64,000 bases of DNA from Rhizodiscina lignyota (taxonomy: Eukaryota): contig ML978124.1 in assembly GCA_010015805.1 (NCBI GenBank), positions 1,488,001 through 1,552,000 of the forward strand. The letters run 5' to 3'. Every line of letters begins with the position of its first letter. Within the stretch, counting starts at the first letter, position 1. Below the pieces are notes generated by a model. The model was not told the origin of the DNA, ran no database searches, and was given only the letters and a program-made list of their open reading frames with translations. A program made the translations under genes and the position numbers. Shown one piece after another: positions 35,390-47,333 of the stretch.

Positions 35390-36919
35390 TTAGGTAACAC
35401 TCGCCACAGACTGGCCTGAGAGACTTGGCTTCCTCGCTCCTGGAGGTGGTAAGTTTGGTGGCATCTGCCTCGCTCCAGCGGCCGACAAAGCCATGCTCGA
35501 CCTCCGCGAATGGCTCTGACCGTCCAGGCCGCCTCCAGCACCTCCCAGATCAACACCGGCAAACATACTGCCAGTTCTTCCAGATGGTCCAGCGTCAACG
35601 CTTCCGCCAAAGATACCTCGTTGTCCAGTCTCAGCTTGGCTAGGAGACGTTGCAAATAGTCCAGCACCACGAGAGCCGCCGAGTGCGTTATGTAGCATTT
35701 CCTTGAGGCGAACGTATTGGTACTTGGAGCGCGTTGAGATGAAAGCTTTTGTGACAAGAGGTTGTGGGCGGGCGCGGGTAATGGCAGCCATGATAGTATC
35801 TCTCTCTTCGTCTGAATCGACAGGGCCGTGAGTGTCGAAGTCGTCCGCCAATGGAGCATTGGCATCGATGGCAGCTCCTATTCAGTTGTGTTAGATCAAG
35901 CTTACCTATACGAGAACAACAGAAGGGAAGTGCACATGGCACATTCCTGAGAATTACAAAAGGGTGGCCTACTTTGCTGCTTTGCCTGGTTCTTCTTCTG
36001 ATATTGTGCCAACAGCATATCGTACGGAAGGCTACGACCTGGTACAGCTCGTTTTGCTCCCATGCTGTGACTCTTACACGTCAAACTCCTTGCACACTGC
36101 GCTCCGTTCGGCAGTGGCACACCACACTGCTTCTCAACATCCACTGGGCCTTTCGTCTTCGGTGCCTTTGCCTTTGGCTCATCCTTCTTTTTCTTCTTCG
36201 CATTCACAGCCTTGCCAATATCATCATCTGCCTTGCGCTTCTTCGCCTTCTTCGCCGCGCCGTTCACACTCTCGTCGTCGCCAGCTTTCGCGTCGGTCTT
36301 CCGGCCGCCCTTGGGCTTGTCGTCGTCGTCGTCAATTCCCTGAGCTTTCCGCGCTGCCGCATCTTTAGCTTCTTTCGCCTCCTTCTTCTTCTGCAACTTC
36401 TCTTGCTTCTTCTTGAGGCAGTCCTTGATGTGCGCCGGTGCAACATTACGTAGAACAGGCCTCTTGCACATTTTGCATTGCACGATATCAGGCTGGTCTT
36501 CCATAGGCTTGCCGGTGGGGAAAGCTGCTCGTATCTTCTCGTCGACGGTATTCATGACAGGTGAGCTGACTTGGACGGCGGAGCCATCTTTCTGCGCATC
36601 TTTCGACTCCGAACCGCTTTCTGTTGAACCGATCGTATTAGTATGCGCACTGTGTTTTGGTGTTATAGCGGCGAACGCACCAGTAATGATCTCGCTGTCT
36701 TTCCAGTTTCCAGGTTTCGTTTGCTTGGGGCCGGGCTTCTTGATCTTGATCTTGGCTGGCTTCTTGTCCTCTTCGGAGAACAACTTGTCGTACACGGCAT
36801 CGGAGACGATGCCCCTGCCACCGTATCTGCTCGTGGGAGCTGGAGGGTGTTAGCACTATGAATACAGCGTTGATTGCGCGAGACTGCTAACCCTTGCGTT
36901 CGATGTTGTCTTCTGTCAT
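35390..36919 (-). CDS. SGF73: SAGA deubiquitination-module subunit (ataxin-7/SCA7 domain)
   Basis: Zinc finger CKMCKRP...HIKDC and SCA7 domain PVDVEKQCGV...CARSLTCKSHSMGAKRAVPGRS. ATG 36919, three introns. Confidence 0.93.
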
Positions 36920-37189
36920 TGTGTGGCGTTGTTTGCGTGGATGTAGGAATGTATGCGGATGGTGTTTGATAGTGGGTGATGGAGGAGGAAGGCCGTGGCG
37001 GGACATTTACAGCAGGCTGGCGGCCAGGCTCCGGCCCTTGCCGCCCCTTCCATTGGACAAACACTCGCGCGCCTAACGTCACAATGGAACTTCAATAAAT
37101 CCATCACTACCCCGTTGACCAAATATTGTCAACGTCGTTTTTCTGAAACACAAAAATCTGAAACGGATCCTTGATTGCGAGAAGGTATA

Positions 37190-39237
37190 ATGGCAGACAA
37201 AGGATCTCAACTACTAGAGCGCCCGTTATATGGTACGTTTGGGAAGGCACACCTCACACTGAGTCAGGGCTAATATTATCATCAGTATTTGACCTTCCGG
37301 AGGAAATCATCTCGACTTTGACTGTGAAACAAAGCAGTAAAGTGCCAGTTCAGAGTGTAGTTGAAGAGACCACTCGACGCAAGGAAAAAGTAACACCAGA
37401 ACCACGGGATGATGGAACTCCGGCGAAAGCCACCTCATGTAATCTATGTGGGCTTTCGTTTGCAAATGTGCAAGAACAGCGAGACCATATTCGATCAGAC
37501 CTCCACGGCTATAATCTCAAGCAAAAGCTGAAAGGTCTGAAGCCAGTCGGTGAAGCGGAGTTCGAGCGCCTGATCGGAGAGTTGGACGAGAGCATTTCTG
37601 GCTCGGAATCTTCGGACTCGGAGAGTGATGCTGATGATGGGCAAGCGACTTCTGGAAAGTCTAACTTGAGTGCCTTGCTGGAGAAGCAGGCAAGACTCTC
37701 CCCTGGTCCGGATGTCGAGATTTCTGGCACCAAGCGCAAGCGCGGAGCTGGAAAACCGCCTCTACTATGGTTCACGACTCCTGTTCTACCAGAGAACACT
37801 TCCTTAGGAGTATATAGAGCCATTTTCTCTGATTCGGTGCAAGCAAAAGAGCCGGACCTTGTTGAAGCCCTGCTCAGGAAACAGCTTGTACCATCAAAGG
37901 CTCCGAACTCGGCCTCAAAGCAAAATGATACCGGGGGTGTACCACTACCTGGAGCACAAATTGGTCCGCACTATTTTCTTTGCATGATCGGTGGTGGCCA
38001 CTTTGCCGCCATGGTCATTGCATTGACTCCGAAGATTGGCAAGAAGCACACAGGCGTTGCTGAGCGCCAAGCTACTGTCATCGCCCACAAAACTTTTCAT
38101 CGCTACACTACCAGGCGGAAACAAGGAGGTGCACAATCTGCGAATGACAATGCCAAGGGGAATGCTCACTCAGCTGGCTCTTCTCTACGTCGATACAATG
38201 AAGCTGCTCTGACCCAGGAAGTGCGGGAACTGCTGTCTCAATGGAAACCAATGATAGATTCTGCCGAGCTGCTTTTCGTTCGTGCGACTGGAAGCACGAA
38301 CCGCAATACGCTCTTTGGGCCATACGAGGGTCAAGTGCTGCGCCACAACGATCCTCGAAATAGAGGATTTCCATTTAGCACACGTCGCGCCACGCAGGCG
38401 GAACTCATGCGATGCTTCGTGGAGCTCACGCGCGTCAAAGTCAGCCAGATCGACGAAGCTGCACTAGCGGCAGCCGCAGCAGAAGCTGCTCAGAAGGAAG
38501 AGCTGTCTCGATCTTCTACTCCGAAGAAGGCCGTTGATACTTCCCCCGCGAAATCGAAAGAAGACGAAGTCGCCGCGCTGCACACAAACCAGTTGGTCGC
38601 ACTTGTCCGTAGGTCTAAAGCTCCTGCAGTGCTTTCATATTTGTCTAGTAACGATTTGCCTGCATCATTCAACTTCTTCCCGGCAAGTTCACAGCAAAAC
38701 TACCATGCACCAACACCATTGCATCTCGCGGCAAGCATAAACAGCGCTGTCGTGGTCTCTGCTCTCCTTACAAAGGCACAAGCGGACCCAACTATACTCA
38801 ACGGCGAAGGGAAAACTCCATTCGAATTAGCAGGTGACAGAGCAACAAGAGACGCATTCCGCGTGGCACGTCGAGAGCTTGGTGAATCCAAGTGGGATTG
38901 GTCTGCTGCACAAGTTCCGACAGCGCTATCCAAGTCCGACGCTGACAAGCGTGCTGAGCGTGAACGTCAAGAAGAAGCTGCGGAAAGTGCCAAAGAAAAG
39001 GCTCGACGAAAGGCTGAGACGGAGAGACTTCGAGCTGAGACTGAGAAAGCAGAGCAAGAGCGGATAGAGAAGCGGATAGGCAAAGGAAGAGTCGTGAGTG
39101 CTGTTCCTGAGAAGACAGGGGCAGAGAAAAGAGAAGAAGAGGCGAGAGGGATGACACCTGAGATGAGGCAAAGATTGGAGCGGGAACGAAGGGCAAGAGC
39201 TGCGGAGGAGAGAATTCGAAGGATGCAACAAGGTTGA
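37190..39237 (+). CDS. VMS1: Ribosome-associated quality control factor Vms1/ANKZF1
   Basis: C2H2 finger, VLRF1 domain (IGGGHFAAM, HKTFHRYTTRRKQGGAQS, SAGSSLRRYNE), ankyrin repeat (TPLHLAA) and C-terminal VIM (RERRARAAEER). One intron near 37233-37285. Confidence 0.95.
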
Positions 39238-39338
39238 TCAGATTCAGGGGTTGAAGTGGTCTTAATATTGACGAAGAACTTCACAAAAGGGCCAGCGAGG
39301 CTGAAAATAAAAGCAGCCTTCCCCTCTCGACACTCCAA

Positions 39339-40440
39339 TCATGCTTTCATCGCCTCTGCAGCTTCGAAGAGCGACTTGCAGTCTGTCGAGAACCCCCAAG
39401 TCTTGCCCGCATTGAATTCTATGCACTCCTGCGAGAAATTGGGGCTAGTTGTCCCTGCTCCATCATTGAGCAGGACGATATCGTAGCCTTTGCTAAAGGC
39501 GTCGGTCAAGGTTCCCGCGACACATTGATCCTACTGCATGTGAGCGAGCCAGGCTGATTCGAAGATTATGGATCACTTACGGTATTCACACCAGTGAAAA
39601 ACAAGGTCCTGATGCCTTGCTTCTCAATGAATTCATCGCACATTTGTGAGGCTCCCCACATTCCGGACTTTGTTCTTCTCAGTCTTGTACTTTCGCGTCA
39701 AACTTCAAGGGTCTTAGACTCACCATTCTGTTCTTATGGATCCAAACATCTGGAACCTTTGCCTTCAGCCCTTCCTCATACGCCTTGTCAAGCGGCGGAT
39801 ACAAAGCAGCGTTCCAAGTATCTCTCATCAGCAACCTTCCTGCATCAATCTTTTCACCGCTGGGCAGTGTCACGGAGCCACATTGGCATCCAAGCCCCTT
39901 GTATATCCTTCCGTCCTTCCCATTCTCCAGCATTACATTCCCTCCTTGATGCTTTGGGTCTCCATGCTTATCGACACCGATACTCGTCTCTGATTCCGCG
40001 TACGGGTCGGCTGCACCATTCGTTATTGACTCCCCATCCGCGACGACGTTCGCTTGAAAGCCGAAAGCACGCTTCACAGCCGGTGGCATATCGCGCACCT
40101 CCTCGTCCGTGAGGCCCCAGTTCAGCCATATGATTTGCATGCCAGCTTTCCGAGCGGCCGGGATTGCATACTTCATCAGCGCATCACATGCCGCGTGACC
40201 AGCACCTTTGCCTCGACCAAGGGCTTCGGAGAGAAAGAAGTTCTGCATGTCGATGATGACCAGTGCGCTTCGCGCTGGGGAGACTGTTATGGGCGCTGTA
40301 GTGGTCTGGATCTTCAGCTTCGGTCCTGGAGCTGTCTCGGATGGGGTGGGTGGATGGGTGAGATCAAAGCCATCACGAGAGGAGTGCAACCAGAAGTTGG
40401 ATGCGTTCCCAATGATCGCTCTTCGATGAGGCTCCGCCAT
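39339..40440 (-). CDS. Isochorismatase-like cysteine hydrolase
   Basis: ALVIIDMQNFF, WIHKNRM|SGMW and GVNT|DQCVAGTLTDAFSKGYD give the D-K-C triad. Two introns. Confidence 0.9.
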
Positions 40441-42069
40441 GTTTGTCCTCGAGTATTCGGGATTTGATCACGCCCCAGTAGAAACAAATCCACCCAGTTT
40501 GTCCTCGAATTGCTCAATTGATGCCCTCGTGATATGCCAACTTACAGATATTGGATACAGACAGGATATATCAGCAGTTCTGAAGCGAAGTTCTACGATT
40601 TGAGATAGATTGGGGACTCCCTGCATCCGACTACCTAAGTTGGCATAGCCGACGGCGAATGGCCTTCCTTATCAGTCGAACCTCGAGCTGTTCGTCGCTA
40701 ACAGCAGCGTATCGGCAGGCCGAAATATGAATCGCTAGGCCTTGAGCTCCGAAGTTTAAGGCCGCCCTCGCTCGCGGAGGGTTCATTCAACAATTACGAG
40801 TGGGATCTACTCAACCTCGAATTTTTTGGTAGCTTTGCAATGCAATCACCTTCGCAAATCAGCGCACTATGCGGAAACCTATTTCTACATATTCTGATAT
40901 TCGCGCCGAAGTATCACTATCAGACGACCGCGCGTTCTATTAGACACGTCCAGAGTCCTCTCCTCTGCTTGGTTTGCGAGGTCGTGATCCTCCTCGCTGC
41001 GCGTTGCATCGTTATGAATCTCGACGGAGTGCTGCTGGACGTTCGCGATGCGGGGCATCAACGCGTCCTCGGCGATTTGCCCGAACCAGCAAAATCCAAA
41101 CATGTCTCGCCAGCGTACGAACCAGACGTGTTGCTGCCCACACAGAAGGATCATCGACCGTAAATATGCTAGAAATGAAAGTGAGGGCAGCTGTGGACAT
41201 GCAAAGACTGTTAAAGTGAAAATTCTGGTTGCTGCGTGGGCAAGATGCCTTTCAGACGACAGTGCGTTCGCGTTGCAGACGCGTGTGTCCAGAACTGCCC
41301 AATCATGGGCCGGAATTGTCCCAAAATGCTCATATTCTTGGTCCCTGCTCGAAGATTGCGAAGTGCGAGCTCTCTGTACGCGTCCATGAACAACTTTGTC
41401 CCAGAAAGTTACCTGTTGAATGAAGTCCAGAGAGCCTCACTAGAATGCTCGGTTTGTGGGTTAACTCCCTTGTGATTTCACAACAACCTCTAATCTATCA
41501 CCTAATATGAGCTCTCCAGTGCGTGAGGGTGAGCGTGGCTGGTTCAAAATATACCAGAACTCGCGTACGCCGGCTGGGTAACCAGGGGCTTTCCAAAAAG
41601 GATATCAGAGCCCAAGCGACCTTCTAAAGCAGCACGACGTCAAGACCTCACAATCCACCGCATCGTGACCTGTCACCTACTTTGAAGTGCAAGTGCTGCG
41701 ATCACCGCCCTTGAACGTTATAGCTTGCGTTACAGCTTGATGGATTTTGTCACCCTCGATGCATTAGCGTCTGCCGTAGCGGCAGCGGCGCACCGCAACG
41801 ACAATGGGGACCCTACCCCCGTGCATCGTTTCTCGAGCAATTGGAAAGCGCTCGAGCATGCCATCAAGCAAATCGTAACATCTCAGTTGAACGTTTTAAA
41901 AGGTCTTTAATTTGGACGAGTATAGATCCTAAGACCTCCAAAGTATCCAAGGGGTATCATCAATGCCTGTGCTTGCCATAACCAACAAACTCCAAGCTGC
42001 CCTTCCTCATAATGGACATTCAACGTCCACGAAACGGGAAGTCTTCATCGCATTTCTGGAGCTCTTGCT

Positions 42070-43677
42070 TCACTTAAGAAGCTTCCCTTCCACCAATCGA
42101 CTGTTGTCCATGTTACCGGATGCGGATGGAAGCAACGCACTCCTCAGTTTCCTGTCCTCAACTCCTCTCTGCTCATTCCTCAAGCCTTCCAGTCTCTCAA
42201 CGCCCAGCTTCACATGCTCCAGATGCTGGGTCAGAGGCACCATGATGCCGACTGTCTCTGCGACAGCCACTCGTTCCCTCAGATCCTCCAGCGCCGCTTG
42301 GATCGCCAGCAACTTCAACAATGCCGCGTTGACGTGTGCCCAAGCCGTCTTCCTGTATACGTTGACGTCGTTCAGCAAAGCAAGCTGATCTTCGAGCTTC
42401 TTCACAGTTGATCGGTTCCCGCCGAGTTTCGTCCATAGATATTGGAAGAGCTCGTCCTTGTTCCTGGAGACGGAGAGGCCATCACGGGTGACGAGATCAG
42501 CGATGATATCAATACGTCCATCCAGATTGGTGAGAATCGCTAGGAGTGCTTGGGCAGAGTTGATGAGATAACCGATTTGGTCCTCCACTTGCATGCTATG
42601 AGTGAGATACTGATTGAGTAGAATCTCATCCAGAGGCTTAGCATGATATCCAACGGCACCAGGCAGCGTCTTGTACAAGAACCGCGATATAGCACCCTGG
42701 CTCCCTTCCCGCTCAGCGACTCCGTCGATCACTTGAAGGGTCCAGCGATTCGTGCTTAGGATGCGGTCCACGGCAGTACCTATCTGCGCATTGAACTTGG
42801 TGAGATCCCAGCTGGCTTGTTTCGCGGTTTCGATGAAGCCTTCAAACTCGAAGACGAGCTCATTTCGAGACGGGAGATCGGAGTAGCGGACAATGTGCTT
42901 CAGATCGCGGATCGATGATTCACTGCGCTTCATATCCAATGGCAGTGAGGCATATTCGGCAGTATTGGCCAGTACTTCGTCAACTTGAGTTTGGACTGCC
43001 ATGAGCCGATCAAACTCTGGTGCACCCGCATGCTTTTGCACCGAGCACAAGGGGAGTAGTGATAGCACCGGCGTGCTGCATATGACGTTCTTCGGCGTCC
43101 ATCCGGAGATCAAACTATGAGCCACGCTGGTTAATGAGCTTCGCCCGAACGAAACGACCAGGCCTACGATCAGTGCTGCAATTGCAAGACTGAGCAGTGG
43201 CTGTAACCATAACATGCTGTGGCCGAACGTTGAGGCGCAATAGCCCATGACAGCATTAAAGTACTTCCATACACCTTCATGGCTCTCCTTTTGTGCCTTC
43301 CTCTTCTTTGGTGTTGTTTTCTTCGCAGATGTTCTTTGTGGCTGCTTCGGCGATCTCTTCGGCGTAGTCTGCTGAAGGCCGCTGTTGCTTGCTTCTATCG
43401 AGGGCATTATGAAATCCGGCTCCGCAGTAGAGCTGCGTGTGACTCTTGGGCGAGGCGAATTCGAGTATCGGGAAGAGGAGAGGGGTGTTGGGGGAGAGGA
43501 GCCTTGAGGTCGCGCACGCAAACGCGGAGTTGAGTTGCGCACTGGAGGTGGCGCTTTGTCGCTTTCAGACATGGAGTCAGAGTAATTACTGATGTCTGAA
43601 AGAGCGTCGTCATCTGAGTCGACATGCGCCCACGACCCGGTGAGTTCGGGCTTTTGCCGACTTGTTCTTCGTGGCAT
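42070..43677 (-). CDS. Uncharacterised single-pass membrane protein with a long helical/coiled-coil C-terminal domain
   Basis: Intronless ORF from ATG 43677. Basic Ser/Pro-rich N-terminus, hydrophobic LQPLLSLAIAALIVGLVVSFG, a Cys pair, then heptad-rich helices. Confidence 0.8.
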   Translation of the reverse strand: MPRRTSRQKPELTGSWAHVDSDDDALSDISNYSDSMSESDKAPPPVRNSTPRLRARPQGSSPPTPLSSSRYSNSPRPRVTRSSTAEPDFIMPSIEASNSGLQQTTPKRSPKQPQRTSAKKTTPKKRKAQKESHEGVWKYFNAVMGYCASTFGHSMLWLQPLLSLAIAALIVGLVVSFGRSSLTSVAHSLISGWTPKNVICSTPVLSLLPLCSVQKHAGAPEFDRLMAVQTQVDEVLANTAEYASLPLDMKRSESSIRDLKHIVRYSDLPSRNELVFEFEGFIETAKQASWDLTKFNAQIGTAVDRILSTNRWTLQVIDGVAEREGSQGAISRFLYKTLPGAVGYHAKPLDEILLNQYLTHSMQVEDQIGYLINSAQALLAILTNLDGRIDIIADLVTRDGLSVSRNKDELFQYLWTKLGGNRSTVKKLEDQLALLNDVNVYRKTAWAHVNAALLKLLAIQAALEDLRERVAVAETVGIMVPLTQHLEHVKLGVERLEGLRNEQRGVEDRKLRSALLPSASGNMDNSRLVEGKLLK

Positions 43678-44599
43678 GCTTGAGATGTCTCGGGAGTGAA
43701 GAGGCAAATGTCGCGGAGAGGCGACCGCAAGGCTGCAGAGATAGTAGTTGTGTGGTAGATGTTGCGTTAAGAAGGTGGGCTGAAGATGCAGAAACCCAAA
43801 GAGATAAGGAAAATCTTTATAATAATTCCGGGTGTCTATCACAATGTGTCACAGAGGAGGTTGGGGACACTGGAGCACTTCGCGCCTATAAAGACGTCAC
43901 CCAGACGTGCTCACGTATGATACATACGCTAACGACGCGTGCGCGACGTGGGGAACGCGGAGTGGGGCAGCGCGCTACTTCACCTTTTGCTCCTACACAC
44001 ATTTCGGAAGTCTTGAACGTTCACGTTTTCTCTCCTTTAAGGTGGCTCGCACTCTTTGTAGGCGTGCTGCTATGAACTTCACATTCTTCAAGCGATATCG
44101 TATGTACATTGAGCTACACCTTTCGCTAGATTCCTTAATCGGAGACTTCTCTTCACCAATATGTAGAGTAGAGGTTGTGTTTGACTATTGCTAGAGTCCA
44201 CTTATATTACTTGCGCGGACTTGGGAGTATTTAAAGGTTGAGACTTCCTACCTCTTTTGCGGAATATCGCACGGTGTGCGTACAGTATATCTTTTACTAA
44301 ATGCTCTCTACCAGAGGCCTCCCTTTACCTATGTGTGGTATCTATTGCGCCTAAATTCCACTTATTTCAAGACTTCCGGGAATCAAAGGGCTTATCAATG
44401 GCACCCTTGGAAACTGTCATCATAATAGCTAAGTACGAATGCTGTCTGTGAGCAAATCTCGATACGTAGCCCCGATGCGCCTTTCATTCTCGCGGAGTTT
44501 CCGATCGTCTGTCGGTACGGAGTATTTCTCAACAAACTAAATCCTCGAATGGCAGCAATAGGTATTTGGCCTCGCGTCTGGACATACAGGCCCAGCGCT

Positions 44600-45110
44600 C
44601 AGACGTTAAGGGAAGCCCAGAGTAGCTCACCATCGTAAGACACACCCACTTCGTCGAATGTCTTATCGATTTGTAGATGGAGGGTACCTTTCAGGGTGCC
44701 CCGTACTCGCCTTCATCTATTCAGGTAATTGCGCGGTGGTCGTATAGAAGCATGGCCGACCTCATTGGACTGTCCCACATGAAACCTCTGGCCTCCTGAC
44801 ACCCGACATACGTTTGTGTCCAAGAGGACCGTACCGTCTAATTTCGCCATCGCAATGGGCGTAGGAAGGTGCCAATTCTTTGGGGCTCATGAATGTGTCC
44901 AGCAGAAGGGCATCTCCGTTCTGTTGCCAATCCTTGAGGTACACCCCAGAACTTTCGAGATCGTACACCTTGGATGATATCATGGGTTGGTCTGTGTACA
45001 CATACCAAAGCTGGACCGTGGAAAGATTTTTGATACTTACAGAGCAGCATTGGCCTTTTCCCACGCCCCACACGTAAGTGGATGAAGTTGTTCACTGACA
45101 GAACCATGAA
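44600..45110 (-). pseudogene. Possible decayed gene fragment
   Basis: Protein-like stretches in successive frames (STVQLWYVYTDQPMISSKVYDL..., QEARGFMWDSPMRSAMLLYD*, RGTLKGTLHLQIDKTFDEVGVSYDGELLW) broken by stops and frameshifts. No family recognised. Confidence 0.2.
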
Positions 45111-45982
45111 TTCAGATATGATAGACGTTCACGCGGAGACATCGAAATGTTCGGGAGATTTTCATGCGAATCTGCTCGTCTCCATGGGATTCGAAATGCC
45201 GATTGTTTGACATCGTCAGCCGGCAAAATCGCTTACACATGCAGAGAGATCGTAGGACAGCAAACGCGAGATAATGCAAGCAAGGAGAAACAGCTGTTCG
45301 GAGGAGAGCCGCTTCGCTCACGATCGGACCAGTAACTTAGGACAATCCCCTGTCAAGAAGGTCAAACGACGTGCGAAGGTCACGCGTGACTCTCGCAGGA
45401 AAAGCACATTTTAGCCTCTTGCAGGCTTCAATGCAACCCAGCTACAGATGGGAAGCAGGGGAAGGTTTCAAAACGCCTCTCAAATCCCCGTCGACGGATG
45501 CGGTTGACCGAAGACGTGTCAAACTTCGAAACATGTGGCAAGGAAGAATAAAGTGGTGGGTAGGGCAACGACTGGTGATCATATCGTCATTTTGGGAGCA
45601 TTGACATCACAAATTCCCTGGCGCATTGTCGTTCGAACAAGCTCATCATGCTTGTACATGTGGTCGCAGTGTTTCGGCTGTCCTCGTATCTTACCTTGTA
45701 GACATTTGGGATCTGCATGCGCACAGCAAAATGCAAGAAATGCGGGGTGGCGTCCCAGGGTAGCTTATCTTGACCATGAAAATCACTCAGTGCTGCAGGG
45801 TTGTTAATGAAATAGTCGTCGAAATAGGTCTTGATTGTCTATCAAATGATTATACAGTGAAGCGAAATGACCACACCGTAGTCTTGCCCCTGGCTATATC
45901 GTGAAATTGTATGGACATGACAATAATGTCTTGTGAATAATCATCTGCACCTCATTGTTCGGCTCGTCCATCGGCTTGTCGT

Positions 45983-47333
45983 CTACGATTGCTGTCCGAA
46001 CCCAATCCTTGGAGAGCCCTGAGATTGGTCGAATACAACATATTGGCTCTTCAGGAAAATATCGCCAAAGATAGAGAAGCCAATGCCAGAGTCCGACTGG
46101 ATGCCACCGAAGCAAGTATTACTATCTGCTGGAGCATAGTTGATGTAACTGCCGGGAACAGTGTGCGAGTTGCCATTAATGACGAGCGAGAAGTCCGGAA
46201 GGTCGGCGTCGCAATCAAAGACGTAGCCACCCTGGGACTCGTCCTCCTGGGCACCGTCGACTTGCTGGTAGTAGGCGTCGACAATATCATCGTCAAGCAG
46301 GAGCAGAGTGGTTCCGGTGTCGGCAATGCCCTGAATGGAGTCGTCCTCGGAGTCGTCGCCGATTGCGTAGCCGTCAGCGGTGAACATCCAGAAGCCTTGG
46401 CTGTCGTCGACATCGGCATAGTCAAGGTCACCAGTATATTTCGAGTCGTCAATGTACTGTTGATGCATTAGCTTGGTTCAATTCTGTATATCAGGAGGCA
46501 CTCACGCCGAAGTCGTAGGAACCGGCTTCACCCGCCTTCAGGTCTGCGGCGAACAGGGCTTTGTCGAGGGAAGACTTGACAGTGTCAAAGAAGGTCGTCT
46601 GCGCCTCTGGCTCCACAGTGTTGATGCTGCTAAATGCAAGGCCAACAAGGCCGTCGTTATCGGTATCCTGAGTGAACTGCGAGGAGACAGACGTGGCAGC
46701 CTCGACCGCTTGGGAAGTAGCAGTCACAGCACCTATTTCAAAAGAATCAGTTCTCTGGTCGATTGATGTTGTTGCATAGTATGACGTACCAATAACGACC
46801 TTGTCAGCATATACGTTACCGCTGGCACCGCTTTGGTCACCATAAGTGATCTCCCAGGAGTAACCAGATTTCTCTTTCGAGGAGCTGGTCTTGTATATAG
46901 AGTGGCCACTCTGCTCAGACGTTGGTAGCTCACTTGAGAACACCCAACTGAGGAATCTTGTTAGCAATTGCTGTGGTCTATGTACAGATTCCTAGACAAC
47001 TTACAGATCTGCCGAGCCGGTATCAAAGTCCAGGTTGAGCGTGGTACCACCAACGCTCACAGGGCACAAGTACTCAGCATCATATTGCTCCGGAGAAGCT
47101 TCAACGGATCCTGATGCAGCGGCAGCGGCAGCAGCGGCGGACACCTTCGTTGGGACAGTCTTCGAGTACTTCTGGTAGACCTTCTGCAGCGCAGCAGGGC
47201 CAACTCGTACGCGCTTTCCGCTCTCGACTTGGTCCACGCGGAACGCGCCGGCGCGCTTTTGGAGCTCAATAGGTGAGGCAATGGCCAGGCTGGCAAAGCC
47301 AGCAAAGGCTGCGATCGACGCAATGGACGGCAT
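45983..47333 (-). CDS. pepA: Secreted A1 aspartic endopeptidase (aspergillopepsin/penicillopepsin-like)
   Basis: Signal peptide, propeptide with KR, catalytic [10 protein letters not shown] and IADTGTTLL, flap [18 protein letters not shown]. Three introns. Confidence 0.93.

Noticed and set aside
40885..41154. 89-aa minus-strand ORF in the isochorismatase upstream region
   Set aside because: No recognisable domain or clear gene structure, so it cannot be supported from sequence alone.
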